From Mytilus edulis (Eukaryota), in the NCBI RefSeq assembly GCF_963676685.1, contig NC_092352.1, positions 30,256,001-30,320,000 on the forward strand: DNA of 64,000 bases, given 5' to 3'. Position 1 is the first letter of the stretch. The number at the start of each line of letters is the position of its first letter. Under the pieces are notes generated by a model. That model made no database searches, was not told where the DNA came from, and saw only the letters and a program-made list of their open reading frames with translations. Both the position numbers and the translations under genes were made by a program. Positions 26,165 to 38,450 of the stretch are shown here, one piece after another.

Positions 26165-27028
26165 ATGACAGTAAGTCGGGAAGGAATATTGTCTTATTGT
26201 GCTGCCGCTGTGGGCTTCCGATTAATCAGCTCAGCTTTTAACTTCTATTACGTCAAAGTGTTTCTTAATATATACCATATCGAAGAATATTGGTTTCAGG
26301 TCGCTCAAGTATCATATCTAATTTGGAATGCAATAAACGACCCATTGTTTGCCTATATCCAAGACAGTACAAATTGGAAATTTACCAAAACCAGACGAGA
26401 AAGCATTCTTTATTGTGGACCATTGTTTGCTCTTTCTTTTCTGGTACCATGGATTCCATGGGGAGACAGCAATACGATTGTTGGCCTGCATTTAATTGCC
26501 TCCCTCTTTCTTTGGGATACTATGTTTACCTTTATGGGTCTTGCTATGTGTGCACTTTTTACAGAGTTATCGCAGGAACCGGAAGATAGAATAGCTCTCA
26601 CCCGTTATGCACAAATCGCAAGCATTATTGGGAGTCCTAGTATCATGTTACTGGAATTCACATCAGATAATTTACATAATTTCAGAGCTTTTCAAATGAC
26701 AACTGTTCTCATTGCTTTTTGCTCTTGGTTGCTTTTCTTGTATTCTGGACTTCATGCTCATACAAGGTATGATTTGAAGAAAATGAAGAGAGAAGATGGA
26801 GACATTTCCCATGAGAAAAATATGAACGAATCTTTTTGGAAACAGACTTGTCAGATTTTATCAGACCGGAACTTTATAGCGTTTGTAATTACTAACTTTT
26901 TTCATGGATTGCATAAGGCATTTCTATCAGGCTTTATGGTTATAGTATGTGACCAACTTATATCTGATGAAGTTATTTCTTCAAGAATTCGAAAGACCTT
27001 CTATGGTGCAATAGGAATACTTTTATAG
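26165..27028 (+). CDS. MFSD13A: TMEM180/MFSD13A-like copy C, exon 1 (287-aa ORF ending in TAG at the expected exon boundary; possibly disabled)
   Basis: Well-conserved WNAINDPLFAYIQD and other motifs. No phase-0 GT at the position homologous to copies A and B. Confidence 0.75.
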   Translation: MTVSREGILSYCAAAVGFRLISSAFNFYYVKVFLNIYHIEEYWFQVAQVSYLIWNAINDPLFAYIQDSTNWKFTKTRRESILYCGPLFALSFLVPWIPWGDSNTIVGLHLIASLFLWDTMFTFMGLAMCALFTELSQEPEDRIALTRYAQIASIIGSPSIMLLEFTSDNLHNFRAFQMTTVLIAFCSWLLFLYSGLHAHTRYDLKKMKREDGDISHEKNMNESFWKQTCQILSDRNFIAFVITNFFHGLHKAFLSGFMVIVCDQLISDEVISSRIRKTFYGAIGILL

Positions 27029-27251
27029 TCAACCTTATTTTGTAAGTGGAAAGAAATCGCGTGTTGAAAAGGCATGCGAACTTTGTCACGTTGGTTAATC
27101 TAACAGCAATCAATCAAGTAGTATGTGTAATGTATCTCCCTCATGCAAAGCTCTGATTCCTTTCACGGATTTGGCTATACTTTTTGGACCTTTTGGATTA
27201 TAGCTCTTCATCTTTTATATAAGTTTTGGATTTCAAATATTTTGGCCACGA

Positions 27252-27295
27252 GCATCACTGAAGAGACATGTATTGTCGAAATGCGCATCTGGTGC
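27252..27295 (+). ncRNA. Minimal type I hammerhead ribozyme with intact core
   Basis: gcatca-CTGAAGA-gaca tgtat tgtc-GAAA-t gcgc a-TC-tggtgc. All three stems pair. Predicted cleavage after AUC at 27289. Lies in a repeat at about 27130-27325. Confidence 0.78.
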
Positions 27296-29208
27296 AAGAA
27301 AATTGGTACCGTTAATTTTATTATTGTAACGTCATGCAAGTTCTCCAAAAAAGGGCAACGGTAGATTGTCGATGTTCTTATCTTAATTTGATTGATATGT
27401 TGCATTTCAAGGTGACAAACATAAACTGAGATAATCGTATGAACCCCACAAAAAGAGCATAACCGGTCGCGTTAAACGGATAGACGTTTCCTGACATACA
27501 TACCTTAATGGCCATACTATATAAAAAAAAACCATTTGTTTAAGTCATAGATCAGGCACATATTCTTGTATCTAAAGACAGCGCAAAAAAAGTTGCAAGT
27601 GAGTTAAGATACAGACTCATCGTTTTGGCCAACCAATTGTTTTGGTGAGCACATCATTTGAAAGGACATACTTAAAGTATAAACATACACGAGAGAAACT
27701 TGTTTATTTGAGATATGTAAACGTCATACGATTGGGTAGATGGTATGCGAGCCTTCTGATGAGAAAATGAAAATTGACCATTAGGAAGATGAAATTATCG
27801 CGTGTTTGGATGATTCAAGTTTGAAGCCAACCTGTGTCAATATGCAGGAAAATATTAACATATAAGGACGCATTTCTAGCTTCGTTAGTATCCATAGTCT
27901 CTAGTTAATTGGGATATATGATATATATATGCACACTGAAATGTGGGTTATTCAGGGATGGACATTGATAATTATCTTGAAAATTTGGAAGCTGATTTTT
28001 CTTATTATCTTTGAACATTTTGTGTGAATTCTGCTGCACACTAAAACAGATACAGGTCGTCATGTATAGGTGCACTATAAGAGCTTAATGACATACTGAT
28101 TGTCTGTTGGAATATGAACTCACCATACTCAACAAATACGGTATATAACTGATCAACAGATCAATATTGTGATGAAAACTGCTGTGACGTAATATCTTAT
28201 CCTCCATTATAAAAAGAAACTATATTAAATTACAGACACGGCGTCCCCCGCCTCATTTTAAGACTGATGCCTCGAATTTTACATAAGCGGTCATCTCTCT
28301 CTCTCTTCAAATCGTCAGAATCAGATACATGTAGGATGGTATAAAAAATATGACGTGTTCAAACTTGAAAAAAAACATTTATCCATTAGCTATTAACTTG
28401 ATGTTTTCGTAGAACAAAGGTATATAGAGGTCCGTTTCTATGTATATTGGCGTTTGTATATATAACAGTTAAGTGTTTCTGTTATTCCCTTTTTTCCTCT
28501 TATAGTTGATGTGTTTCCTTCAGTTTTGGTTGGTGACTCGGATATTTTTTAGTTAAATTGATTAATGTTTATTGAACAGCACCATACTTAGAATAAGACT
28601 GTATTCGACAGAGAACTTCATAAAAACAAAGCGGGTAAACTGTACGGCGAATAGCGGTAAATTATTAGAATATGTCCTTTTAGGCTATCATTCTTTCTTT
28701 GCTTCAGTGGTACCTATATCAGGTGGCGATGCTATACAAGGGTTAGATAAAAGTTGATGCCCATTTCATTTTCAATGTCACTTGTACCTTTTGTAACCTA
28801 AAACAGCCGAATTCTTAGCAAAATACTAACAGATATAATACATAAAACATTTTGCTTGTTTGAACACTTACATGTAACTTCGTCGTTTAACAGAAGGAGT
28901 TGCAATCCTAGCCAATTACAAAATTTACAAAATAAAGATTTAGAGTTAAAATGTGACATTTGAATGATAAGAACGCAGATGAAATAATTACTGGATGAAT
29001 GGTAGGCAACACAAACACAAAATGGAGATGTGAACCATTGATAGTAAAATGTACTGTAAAAGTGAAGTAAAACACTTTTGTAAAAGTATACAAATACTCA
29101 TCATAGATAACCATGTAAAATTACAATACACGCGTACAGCACTGTAGTAAAGATAACATATTACGCGCGTTTCGTCTTCAAAAGATACATCAATGACGCT
29201 CGAATCCA

Positions 29209-31128
29209 AACAAGAGGCTCTCAAGAGCCTGAATCGCTCACCTGAATTTTTTTGGTTTAATCTCTCATCAATGATTATTTTGGCTTTTCAATTTATTTAA
29301 ATGTTCTTTGAATCGTCCTATTTTCTTCAAAAGCAAAAAAAAATCATTTTCTCCTATGTTCTATTTTAGCCATAGGAGCTATGTTTCTTGACATACAAGG
29401 AAATGAAATATAAAATTTATACTAGATACTCTGAAACTCTGAAACTCATTTAGCCTAAGTTTGGCTGAAATTGATACAGCAGTTTCATAAGAGAAGATTT
29501 TTTAAAGTAAGTCAACATGATGAACAAATTGTGAAAAAAGTCTTTAAAGGGCAATAACTCCTAAAGAGGTCAATTGACAATTTTGGTCAAATTGACCTAT
29601 TTGTAGATCTTACTTTGCTGATCATATTTGCTGTTTACAGTTTATCTTTATCTATAATAATATTCAAGATAATGACCAAAAACTGCAAAATTTCCTTAAA
29701 ATTACCAATTAAGTGGCAGCAACCCAACAATTGGATGTTTGATTCATCTGAAAATTTCAGGGCTGATAGATATTGACCTAATGAACATTTTTACTCCATG
29801 TCAGATTTGCTCTAAATGCTTTCGTTTTTGAGATATAAGCCAAAAACTGCATTTGACCCCTATGTTCTATTTTAAGTAACGGCGGCCATCTTTTTTGACG
29901 GATCAAAAATCAAAGCACACACTTTGTGCAGGATAATCTAAGGAACAACCATACTAAGTTTCAACCAAATCCATTCAGTAGTTTCAGAGGAGAAGATTTT
30001 TTAAAGTTAGCAAATATGATGAACAAATTGTGAAAAATTGTCATTAAAGGACAATAACCCCTTAAGGGGTCAATTGACAATTTTGGTCATATTAACTTAT
30101 TTGTAGATCTTACTTTGCTGATCTTTTTTGCTGTTTACAGTTTATCTTTATCTATAATAATATTCAAGATAATGACCAAAAACTGCAAAATTTCCTTAAA
30201 ATTACCAATTAAGTGGCAGCAACCCAACAATTGGATGTTTGATTCATCTGAAAATTTCAGGGCTGATAGATATTGACCTAATGAACATTTTTACTCCAGT
30301 CAAATTTGCTCTTAATGCTTTCGTTTTTGAGATATAAGCCAAAAACTGCATTTGACCCCTATGTTCTATTTTAAGTAACGGCGGCCATGTTTTTTGACGG
30401 ATCAAAAATCAAAGCACACACTTTGTGCAGGATAATCTAAGGAACAACCATGCTAAGTTTTAACCAAATCCATTCAGTAGTTTCAGAGGAGAAGATTTTT
30501 TAAAGTTAGCAAATATGATGAACAAATTGTGAAAAATTGTCATTAAAGGACAATAACCCCTTAAGGGGTCAATTGACAATTTTGGTCATATTAACTTATT
30601 TGTAGATCTTACTTTGCTGATCTTTTTTGCTGTTTACAGTTTATCTTTATCTATAATAATATTCAAGATAATGACCAAAAACTGCAAAATTTCCTTAAAA
30701 TTACCAATTAAGTGGCAGCAACCCAACAATGGTTTGTTTGATTCATCTGAAAATTTCAGGGCAGATAGATCTTGACCTAATGAACATTTTTACCCCATGT
30801 CAGATTTGCTCTAAATGCTTTCGTTTTTGAGATATAAGCCAAAAACTGCATTTGACCCCTATGTTCTATTTTAAGTAACGGCGGCCATGTTTTTTGACGG
30901 ATCAAAAATCGAAGCGCACATTTTGTGCAGGATATACTAAGGAACAATCATGTTAAGTTTCATTCAAATCCATTCAGTAGTTTCAGAGGAGAAGATGTTT
31001 GAAAAATTGTTAACGACGACAGACGACGACGACGACGACGACGACGACGTCGACGACGACGACGACGACGACGGACGCCAAGTGATGAGAAAAGCTCACA
31101 TGGCCTTTTAGGCCAGGTGAGCTAAAAA
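29209..31128. mobile_element. Helentron-associated (HINE/DTC84/pearl-like) element carrying about 3 tandem 499-bp units
   Basis: AACAAGAGG start with subTIR GCTCACCTG. Unit anchor atgatgaacaaattgtg at 29517, 30016 and 30515. (GAC)n at 31013-31075. 3' hairpin gctcacatggcc tttta ggccaggtgagc followed by an A-run. Confidence 0.8.
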
Positions 31129-31544
31129 GGACATGCGATATAGAAAGACATAACAAAACAGTTGTTTTTGATTTTGATTAATCAACAGTCCTATGATCAT
31201 GCGTTCGAAGCCTTTTGCGCGATATACCTTCATTAGAAACGCTCAATGTCAAATATTTAAACGCTAATGATGTATAAGATCCAAAAGAGCTGAAGAGCTA
31301 TACGACCAAAAAAGTAATACTAAATAGAAAAATCCCTCTAGGGTCTTTAAAAGTACATAGTATTTATAGCTAGATACCGGATACTGTTTTATCCAAAAGT
31401 ACAAATTGTTTTTTTTAATTAAAATAGGTAAATATCCTTGATACGTGACAATAACAGTAAATTTGTGTTATCAATTGATGTCAGGATACGAATGTGGTAA
31501 CCTTTTCATTGCAATATAGCGTATTTCATAAGATTGATACAAAT

Positions 31545-32130
31545 ATGAAAGTTAGTCAGGAGAGAATGAATAGTATCTTAAGGTTCAGCTAATGTAGTTT
31601 TCGGGTTGATCCGCTCAGCTTTTAACTTCTATTACGTCACAGTATTTCTCAATATTTATAAAATCGAAAAATATTTGTTTGAGGTGGCCCAAATGTCAAA
31701 TTTTATTTTGAATGCTTTAAACGATCTATTGTTTGCCTTTACTAGTATACCAGACAGTTCAAATCTGAAATTTACCAAAATCCAGGTGATAATACATTTT
31801 GTATTGTGGTCTGTTCTTTGCGTTTTCTTTTCTGATAACTATACTCATGCTGACAGCCAGTTTTAGCAGCCAATCAAGTTAGCAGCCACTTTTTTCCATT
31901 TCTGATACCATGGTTTCGAAGAGAAGGGAGCATTATGATGTTGGCTGTATTTGATTGTCTCCCTAATTCTTTGGGATACCATGATTAATTTCATGCGTCT
32001 CGCTATGTCCTCATTATTTAATCGTTTTGCACAAATCGCAAGCCTTATTTGAAGACCTAGTATAATGTTACTGGGATTCACATCAGTTAATTTACAATTT
32101 TTCAGACTTTTTCAAATGACAACTGTTATA
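31545..32130 (+). pseudogene. Decayed duplicate of MFSD13A-like exon 1 (closest to copy C)
   Basis: tcagcttttaacttctattacgtc, ctttgggatac, tgcacaaatcgcaagc and tttcaaatgacaactgtt match 26165-26710. Multiple frameshifts, stops, an insertion and deletions. Confidence 0.85.
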
Positions 32131-33552
32131 GGTGATTGATCCAGGTTTTTACTCAGACAGGTATTCAGGGCTATATACTTTGATATGGTTAAACTGATTT
32201 CATGGGAGGTTGAAATCTCATAAACATGTTAACCCCGCCGCAATTTTGCGCCTGCCCCAAGTCAGGAGCATCTGGCCTTTGTTAGTCTTGTATGATTTTT
32301 TATTTTAGATTCTTGTGTATAAATCGGAGTTTAGTATGACGTCCATTATCACTGTACTAGTATACATATTTTTTAAGGGGCCAGTTGAAGAACGCCTACG
32401 GATGTGAGAGTTTCTCGCTACATTGAAGACCCATTGGTGGCCTTCGACTGTTGTCTGCTCTATAGTCAGGTTGTTGTCGCCTTGACACATTCCCCATTTT
32501 TTTTCATGATAATCTAAACATATTTCTATTGTAAACACTTTGATATAACTTGTATCGTCTCTTTGTGTCTATCTTATCAGGAACTTCGTTTCTTTAAGCA
32601 ATATTTTGTCATATCTTGGAATATTTTCTGAGTATGTCTCCTTCTAAGTGATTGCCACGTCCACTTGTATTTTTGTTCATCTGATGAGTTACGCCTTTTT
32701 CAACTGATTTTTATGATTCGTTCTTATTATGCCCCATCTACGATAGTAGAGGGGCATTATGTTTTCTTGTCTGTGGGTCCGTTCGTTCGTCCGTTTCACA
32801 TCTTTTTTTATATAGTTTAAATAAATGTATATCGGGATGTTTATTTCTTCAATCTGTCTAAGCATTTCTGTTATATATGACAGATATGAAAAAAATGTTC
32901 TGTACTTTTTTAACCTCATTCACAATACTAGTAGTTATTGAGGGATTTGCCTATTTGACTTGTTACTTATTAAGTTCTATGCGCTATATATTTATCTCCC
33001 TACCTCATGTTTTGGTATGTCAAGTTGGACTTACGAACAGCTACCACGTCAGGAACATAGCATTTTTGTTTTCTGCTAAGGCATTGTCAGTTTGTTTTTG
33101 AATTTGCATTGGAATGTCCCTTTGATATCTCCTTTCTCTCTTTTATTAGTTATTATATATAAGGATATAGTTATATGCCTGTGGTTCGTTTTGATAAGTG
33201 CTGTTTAGAGGGACATCGGTCTATTCGCCTTCTTTTAACATTGACATTGTCCATCTTTCCTAGTTTTTTTGTGAATTCTGATTGACTATTTGAATATCAC
33301 CTTTTGTTTACAGAAAATCAATCATTCGTTCAATTACACATAATACTGGAGTGAAGTATCTCGGCAGTTATTTTCGTAAACGTCTGGTCAAAGATGCTCA
33401 AAACAGTCCACAGCGCGCAATTATGAAAAATTATTATAAAAAGACTAGGAGTTTTGTTATTGATATGACAATACCAAATTTTCAAAGTAAAACAACATTT
33501 CTTTATGAAAAAAAAATAAGTAGCAAGAAAAAATATTTACTGATGTTTTCAG

Positions 33553-33707
33553 GTTATTGTGATTATGGGGGCACCATTACTTCGGAAATATTCCTACTTC
33601 AAGGTGATAAGATGTAGTTATGTGTATACTGTGTTGGCTGGGTTGGTTATGTTTTGCATTGGCCACAATCATCCATGGTGTTTGATGCTGTTCCTTCTAA
33701 TGGATAG
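33553..33707 (+). CDS. MFSD13A: MFSD13A-like copy C, exon 2
   Basis: 155 nt; ttttcag acceptor and GTAAGT donor; encodes VIVIMGAP...IGHNHPWCLMLFLLMD. Confidence 0.82.
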
Positions 33708-34822
33708 GTAAGTAATCGAGTTCATGTAAACAAACAATAGAAAAAAGAATGAGAATAAAATACATTAGATGTATTTAAAAAAATCTATGAACAAAAAAAG
33801 TTATAGGGAACTGTGACACAGAGATATGCATCGTCTGTTTATAATTTTGATAGTAAATGTATAATGAAAACGTAAAATTTAAAAAAGCAGCATTATATAA
33901 CATTTAAATATGCAAAACTTTCAATTTTAAAGATCTTTAAAGAACCATCACTGAAATGATGGCCAAATGATATCCTTAAAATTATTGGAATAAACAATTG
34001 AAAACAACACGTTTTATAATTTCAATGCGTCCGAAGCGCTTTTCTGGATTTACCTTCATCAGGAAAGCTCAAAGCCAAACATTTGAAATACGAGGATGTA
34101 TAAGTACCGAAACCGTTGAAGAGCTATATGACAAAAATACTTAAAATTGAAAGCCAAATAAGATATGCCAATAAATAATTGACTTATGATTAGTGTTCTC
34201 TTTACTGACGTTATCACAATCTTTGGCATATAAACTATGAATATGAAAATCTTTCAAAGTCAGTAGGCCATGAATGAGATGACGGCTCTAACAAATCCAT
34301 AGAAACTAGATGTACTTATGCTTATATAACTATATACCAAATATAAATGACTTATCATCATGTTTCCCCTTTAAACTGACATCATCACAAACATTATCAG
34401 ATAGTTAATGCCACGACCGGAAACAACAACCTAAGTCTTGGCTCTAAAACTTCGTCATGGCAAGAAGAAAAGAAGGTATGAGATGTGCATATGGTCCTAA
34501 ATTTCTTGAACCTTTCACAAAAATGTAGATTTAATTGATAAAGAAAAGAAAAGGTTAATATGGACATTTCAGGACAGAAAGCTCCCTTGATATCTCAATA
34601 TGATGTCATATAATATATTTGGTTCAAAATGGTCTTTTAGGTAGTATATTTTTGGACAAATTAAATAGTAACCAAGACTATTATGTTGTAAATTTAATAC
34701 TTTTAGGTTTTCAAATTCAACGGTAAAAAGAAGCATTATTTTTTTCAATTTAACCAAAACACTCCAACATATTATAGTAGAGTTTAATGCTTATATATGA
34801 TTTTAACTATTTTATGTTAAAG

Positions 34823-34906
34823 CTGTGCATCAGGTGCTACCTTTGGTCTTTTTAATATGCCACTCGCAGACATAGCCGATGAAAACAAAAGAAAGTATAT
34901 GAGAAA
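34823..34906 (+). CDS. MFSD13A: MFSD13A-like copy C, exon 3
   Basis: 84 nt; encodes CASGATFGLFNMPLADIADEN; GTATGT donor. Confidence 0.82.
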
Positions 34907-35670
34907 GTATGTATAATCATATTCATATATACACATGGTTACATAGACTATGTTAATAGAAAAAACAGATTTTCAAAAGTTAAGTACAAAATAACCTTAC
35001 ATTTGCTTCATTTGACTCGTCTGCCTCGCAGATAGCAATAGTTGTCATTTAAGTTCAGATGAGGTGAAATTTTATCATTTAGGAAATAGAATAATATATT
35101 ACAGTCAGTAGTCTTGTTTTTTACATAAGCAAATGCCTGTACTAAGTCAGGAATATGACAAGTGTTGTCCATTCGTTTGATGTGTTTTTGTTGATTTTGC
35201 CATTTGATTAGGGACTGTCGGTTTTGAATTTTCCTCGGAGTTCAGTATTTTTGTGATTTAACTTTTTCTTCATATAGATTTAAATGAAATACCATCCATT
35301 AAAATGACACATTAGTGAACCTCATTTTGTTGATCAATGGCACGAAACAACTCTTGGGGAAAAATTAAAAATGTGTTACCCACTGTTCATAAAAAGGAAG
35401 AGTCCACTTAGACTTTAGTTACTATATATAGTTATATCAAAGAAAAACTATTACTTGACCAGAATGCATGTAATTGGGTTGATTCATATATAATGACTAG
35501 TCCTAGAATAAAAGAGCCATACACTTAATGAATGTACTATATATCATACAAAAAGAAGTCGCAGTTACATAGAGCAACTTCTAGTTACTTTTTTGTCGGT
35601 TGATTATAAACATATGTTGTTTATTCTTAAATATCGGGCACTGTCATTACTGTGTGCATATATTTTGCAG

Positions 35671-35932
35671 GCATCCCATATCATCAATGGTATTCGGCAC
35701 TAATGCATTGATAACTAAGCCAGCTTTTTCATTGTCACCAATGTTTGCCGTTTCAATATTGAATTCATATGGATATAACGAACTTAAAGATAAGACAAAC
35801 GTAGCTACACCAGAACTGAAACAGGTTATGTTTACGTTAATTTGTTGGTATCCAATTATTGTTGGAATTATCCAGTTTACTTCATGGTCATTTTACCGTG
35901 TTAGGTCAAATAAAGACGAAATTAACCTGTAA
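35671..35932 (+). CDS. MFSD13A: MFSD13A-like copy C, last exon
   Basis: ttttgcag acceptor; encodes HPISSMVFGTNALITKPA...WSFYRV and the stop. Confidence 0.82.
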
Positions 35933-37892
35933 AGTGGTGTATATTATCTGAACTTATTCTTGTGTTCAGCGATACTCTTTATTGTTTCAAATACGAAGAG
36001 TGTGCATGCACATAGACAATAAATGCAATTATTAATGTTATCAAAACAATCTAGTTCTTTTCAAAAGTTTGCAGATATTTTTGATTGTATATTAAAAGAT
36101 TTTTTATTTGTTAATAAAATAAATCAAGACATGTTTATACTGCATATAACAAATTTTATGTTATAGTTTGTTTCTGTGTGTGTTACATTTTAACGTTGTG
36201 ATTATAAGACGTGTCACGGTATCTTTCTATGCCAAATTCATGTATTTAGTTTTCATGTTATATTTGTTAATCTCATCGGATTTTGTCTAATGCTTAGTTC
36301 GTTTCTGTGTGTGTTACATTTTAATGTTGTGTCGTCATTCTCTTATATTTAATGCGTTTCCCTCGGTTTTGGTTTGTGACCCGGAGTTTTGAACATCGGT
36401 ATACTACTGTTGCCTTTATTTATGACCTTCTTTTCCTTCCAGAGCACCTGAGACCACCCCTAGTTTTTGGTGGGGGTTTGTGTTCCTCAGTCTTTGGTTT
36501 TCTGTGTTGTATTTTGCACCGTTGATTGTATATAGGTATAGTAAGATGTGGTATGAGTGTCAATGAGACAACTCCCCATCCAAATAACAATTTATAAAAG
36601 TAAACCATTATAATATAGGTCAAGGTACGGCCTAAACTCAGAACCTTGGCTCACACCGAACAACAAGCTATAAAGGGCCCAAAAATTACAGTGTAAAACC
36701 ATTCAAACGGGAAAACCAAGGGTCTAATCTATATAAAAACATGTCAGTTTCTTTTTATGTCATGGCGTTGTCAATTTATTTTTCAATTTGTGAGTTTGAT
36801 CCAACAAAATATGACAATTGTTATCGATTCGTTTGATGAGTTTGAGCTTTTGATTTTGCCATTTGCTTAGGGGATTTGCATTTAGAATTTTGCTTTGAGT
36901 TCGGTTTTTTTTCTTCATTTTTTGTATCCCTCGCCTCTTTGAAGTACTAATTCAAGTTATTGAAAAACTAAAAATACAAGTGTCCTAGTTAAACAGGAAA
37001 ACACACTACATCAACTGATGGATTTGTTGTCACACTATGGACATGGTACAAAAAAAACCAAAGTAATAGCATTTTTCCATTTATAGTTATTGGAAGATGT
37101 GGGAGTTTACCTCAATTACAAACCATATTACGTTAACAGCACAAAATGACATCTATAGATCAACATACTGTCATCTTTATAATAGACAAGCATCTTTAAA
37201 ATATGTATTGCTCTAAATCGACATGAGTCTATGCAAACTGGGAATAATTTCGACCAATGTTACTAAAGATCCAAGTACTTACAAAAAACTCTCTCACGGA
37301 CAAAAACATCAACATATAACCAAGGACAAATGCTGATAAGATTCTTTGGTGGGTCAGCGTACATGTGGTGAGATTAAAACTAATTTTAATTACTCATTCA
37401 GTAATTAATATTTGAAGATGTGGCATGAATTCTAATGAGACAACTCTCAGTTAGAGACCAAATGATGTAAAAGTTACGGGTAACAGTTCAGCCTTCAACA
37501 TCATGCAAATCCTAAATCTCATAACACACCATAAAAGGTCAGGATATGACAAATGTAAAACATTTCAAACAATAAAGACAGCTTTAAATCAAAAGAATAG
37601 ACAATAAACTATAAAATGTACAGCTACAAAGGACCAGGACTGAATAAGTGGTAACTGACTTGGGAAATGCACTTATAGAAAGTTGTGGGATTAGTCATGT
37701 TTGCAAGAGCCCAAGAGTATATATCATACATAATGTATTTTTCTATTTTCGAACCCTAGTTTCTTTCTTTTATCTTATTTGGGAGTTTTATGTATATCTG
37801 GTGAGGTTTAATTTAAAGCACTCAAACCATTTATATATCATCCAATATGCTTTCTTCTATGTTGCTATACCCCTATTTATGACATTTTTACA

Positions 37893-38450
37893 TGGAAATG
37901 GGGGAATGTGCCAAAGAGACAACAACCTGACGTTAGAAAAAAACAACAGCAGAAGGTCACCAACAGGTCTTCAATGTAGCGAGAAATTCCCGCACCTTGA
38001 GGCGTCCTTCAACTGGCCCCTAAACAAATATATACTAGTTCAGTGATAATGAACGCCATACTAATTTCCAAATTGTACACAAGAAACTAAAATTAAAATA
38101 ATACAAAGGCCAGAGGCTCCTGACTTGGGACAGGCGCAAAAATGCGGCGGGGTTAAACATGTTTGTGAGATCTCAACCCTCCCCCTATACCTTTAGCCAA
38201 TGTAGAAAAGTAAACGCATAACAATACGCACATTAAAATTCAGTTCAAGAGAAGTCCGAGTCTGATGTCAGAAGATCTAACCAAAGAAAATAAACAAAAT
38301 GACAATAATACATAAATAACAACAGACTACTAGCAGTTAACTGACATGCCTGCTCCAGACTTCAATTAAACTGACTGAAAGATTATGATTTCATCATATG
38401 AACATCAGGCACAATCCTTCCCGTTAGGGGTTTAGTATCATACCATCAAT
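37893..38450 (-). repeat. SINE-like dispersed repeat with conserved core (G)CCTGT(C/A)CCAAGTCAGGA
   Basis: Inverted homolog at about 32205-32500. Related core sequences at about 15890, 35140, 38560 and 45110. Confidence 0.55.

Noticed and set aside
27026-27047. Programmed readthrough or recoding of copy C's TAG
   Set aside because: Even with readthrough the next donor (27042) is out of phase with exon 2, and UAG is not a selenocysteine codon.
27750-27790. CTGATGA-gaaaat-GAAA as another hammerhead (also CTGATGAG at 32681)
   Set aside because: Stem I does not pair convincingly at 27750, and GAAA is missing at 32681.
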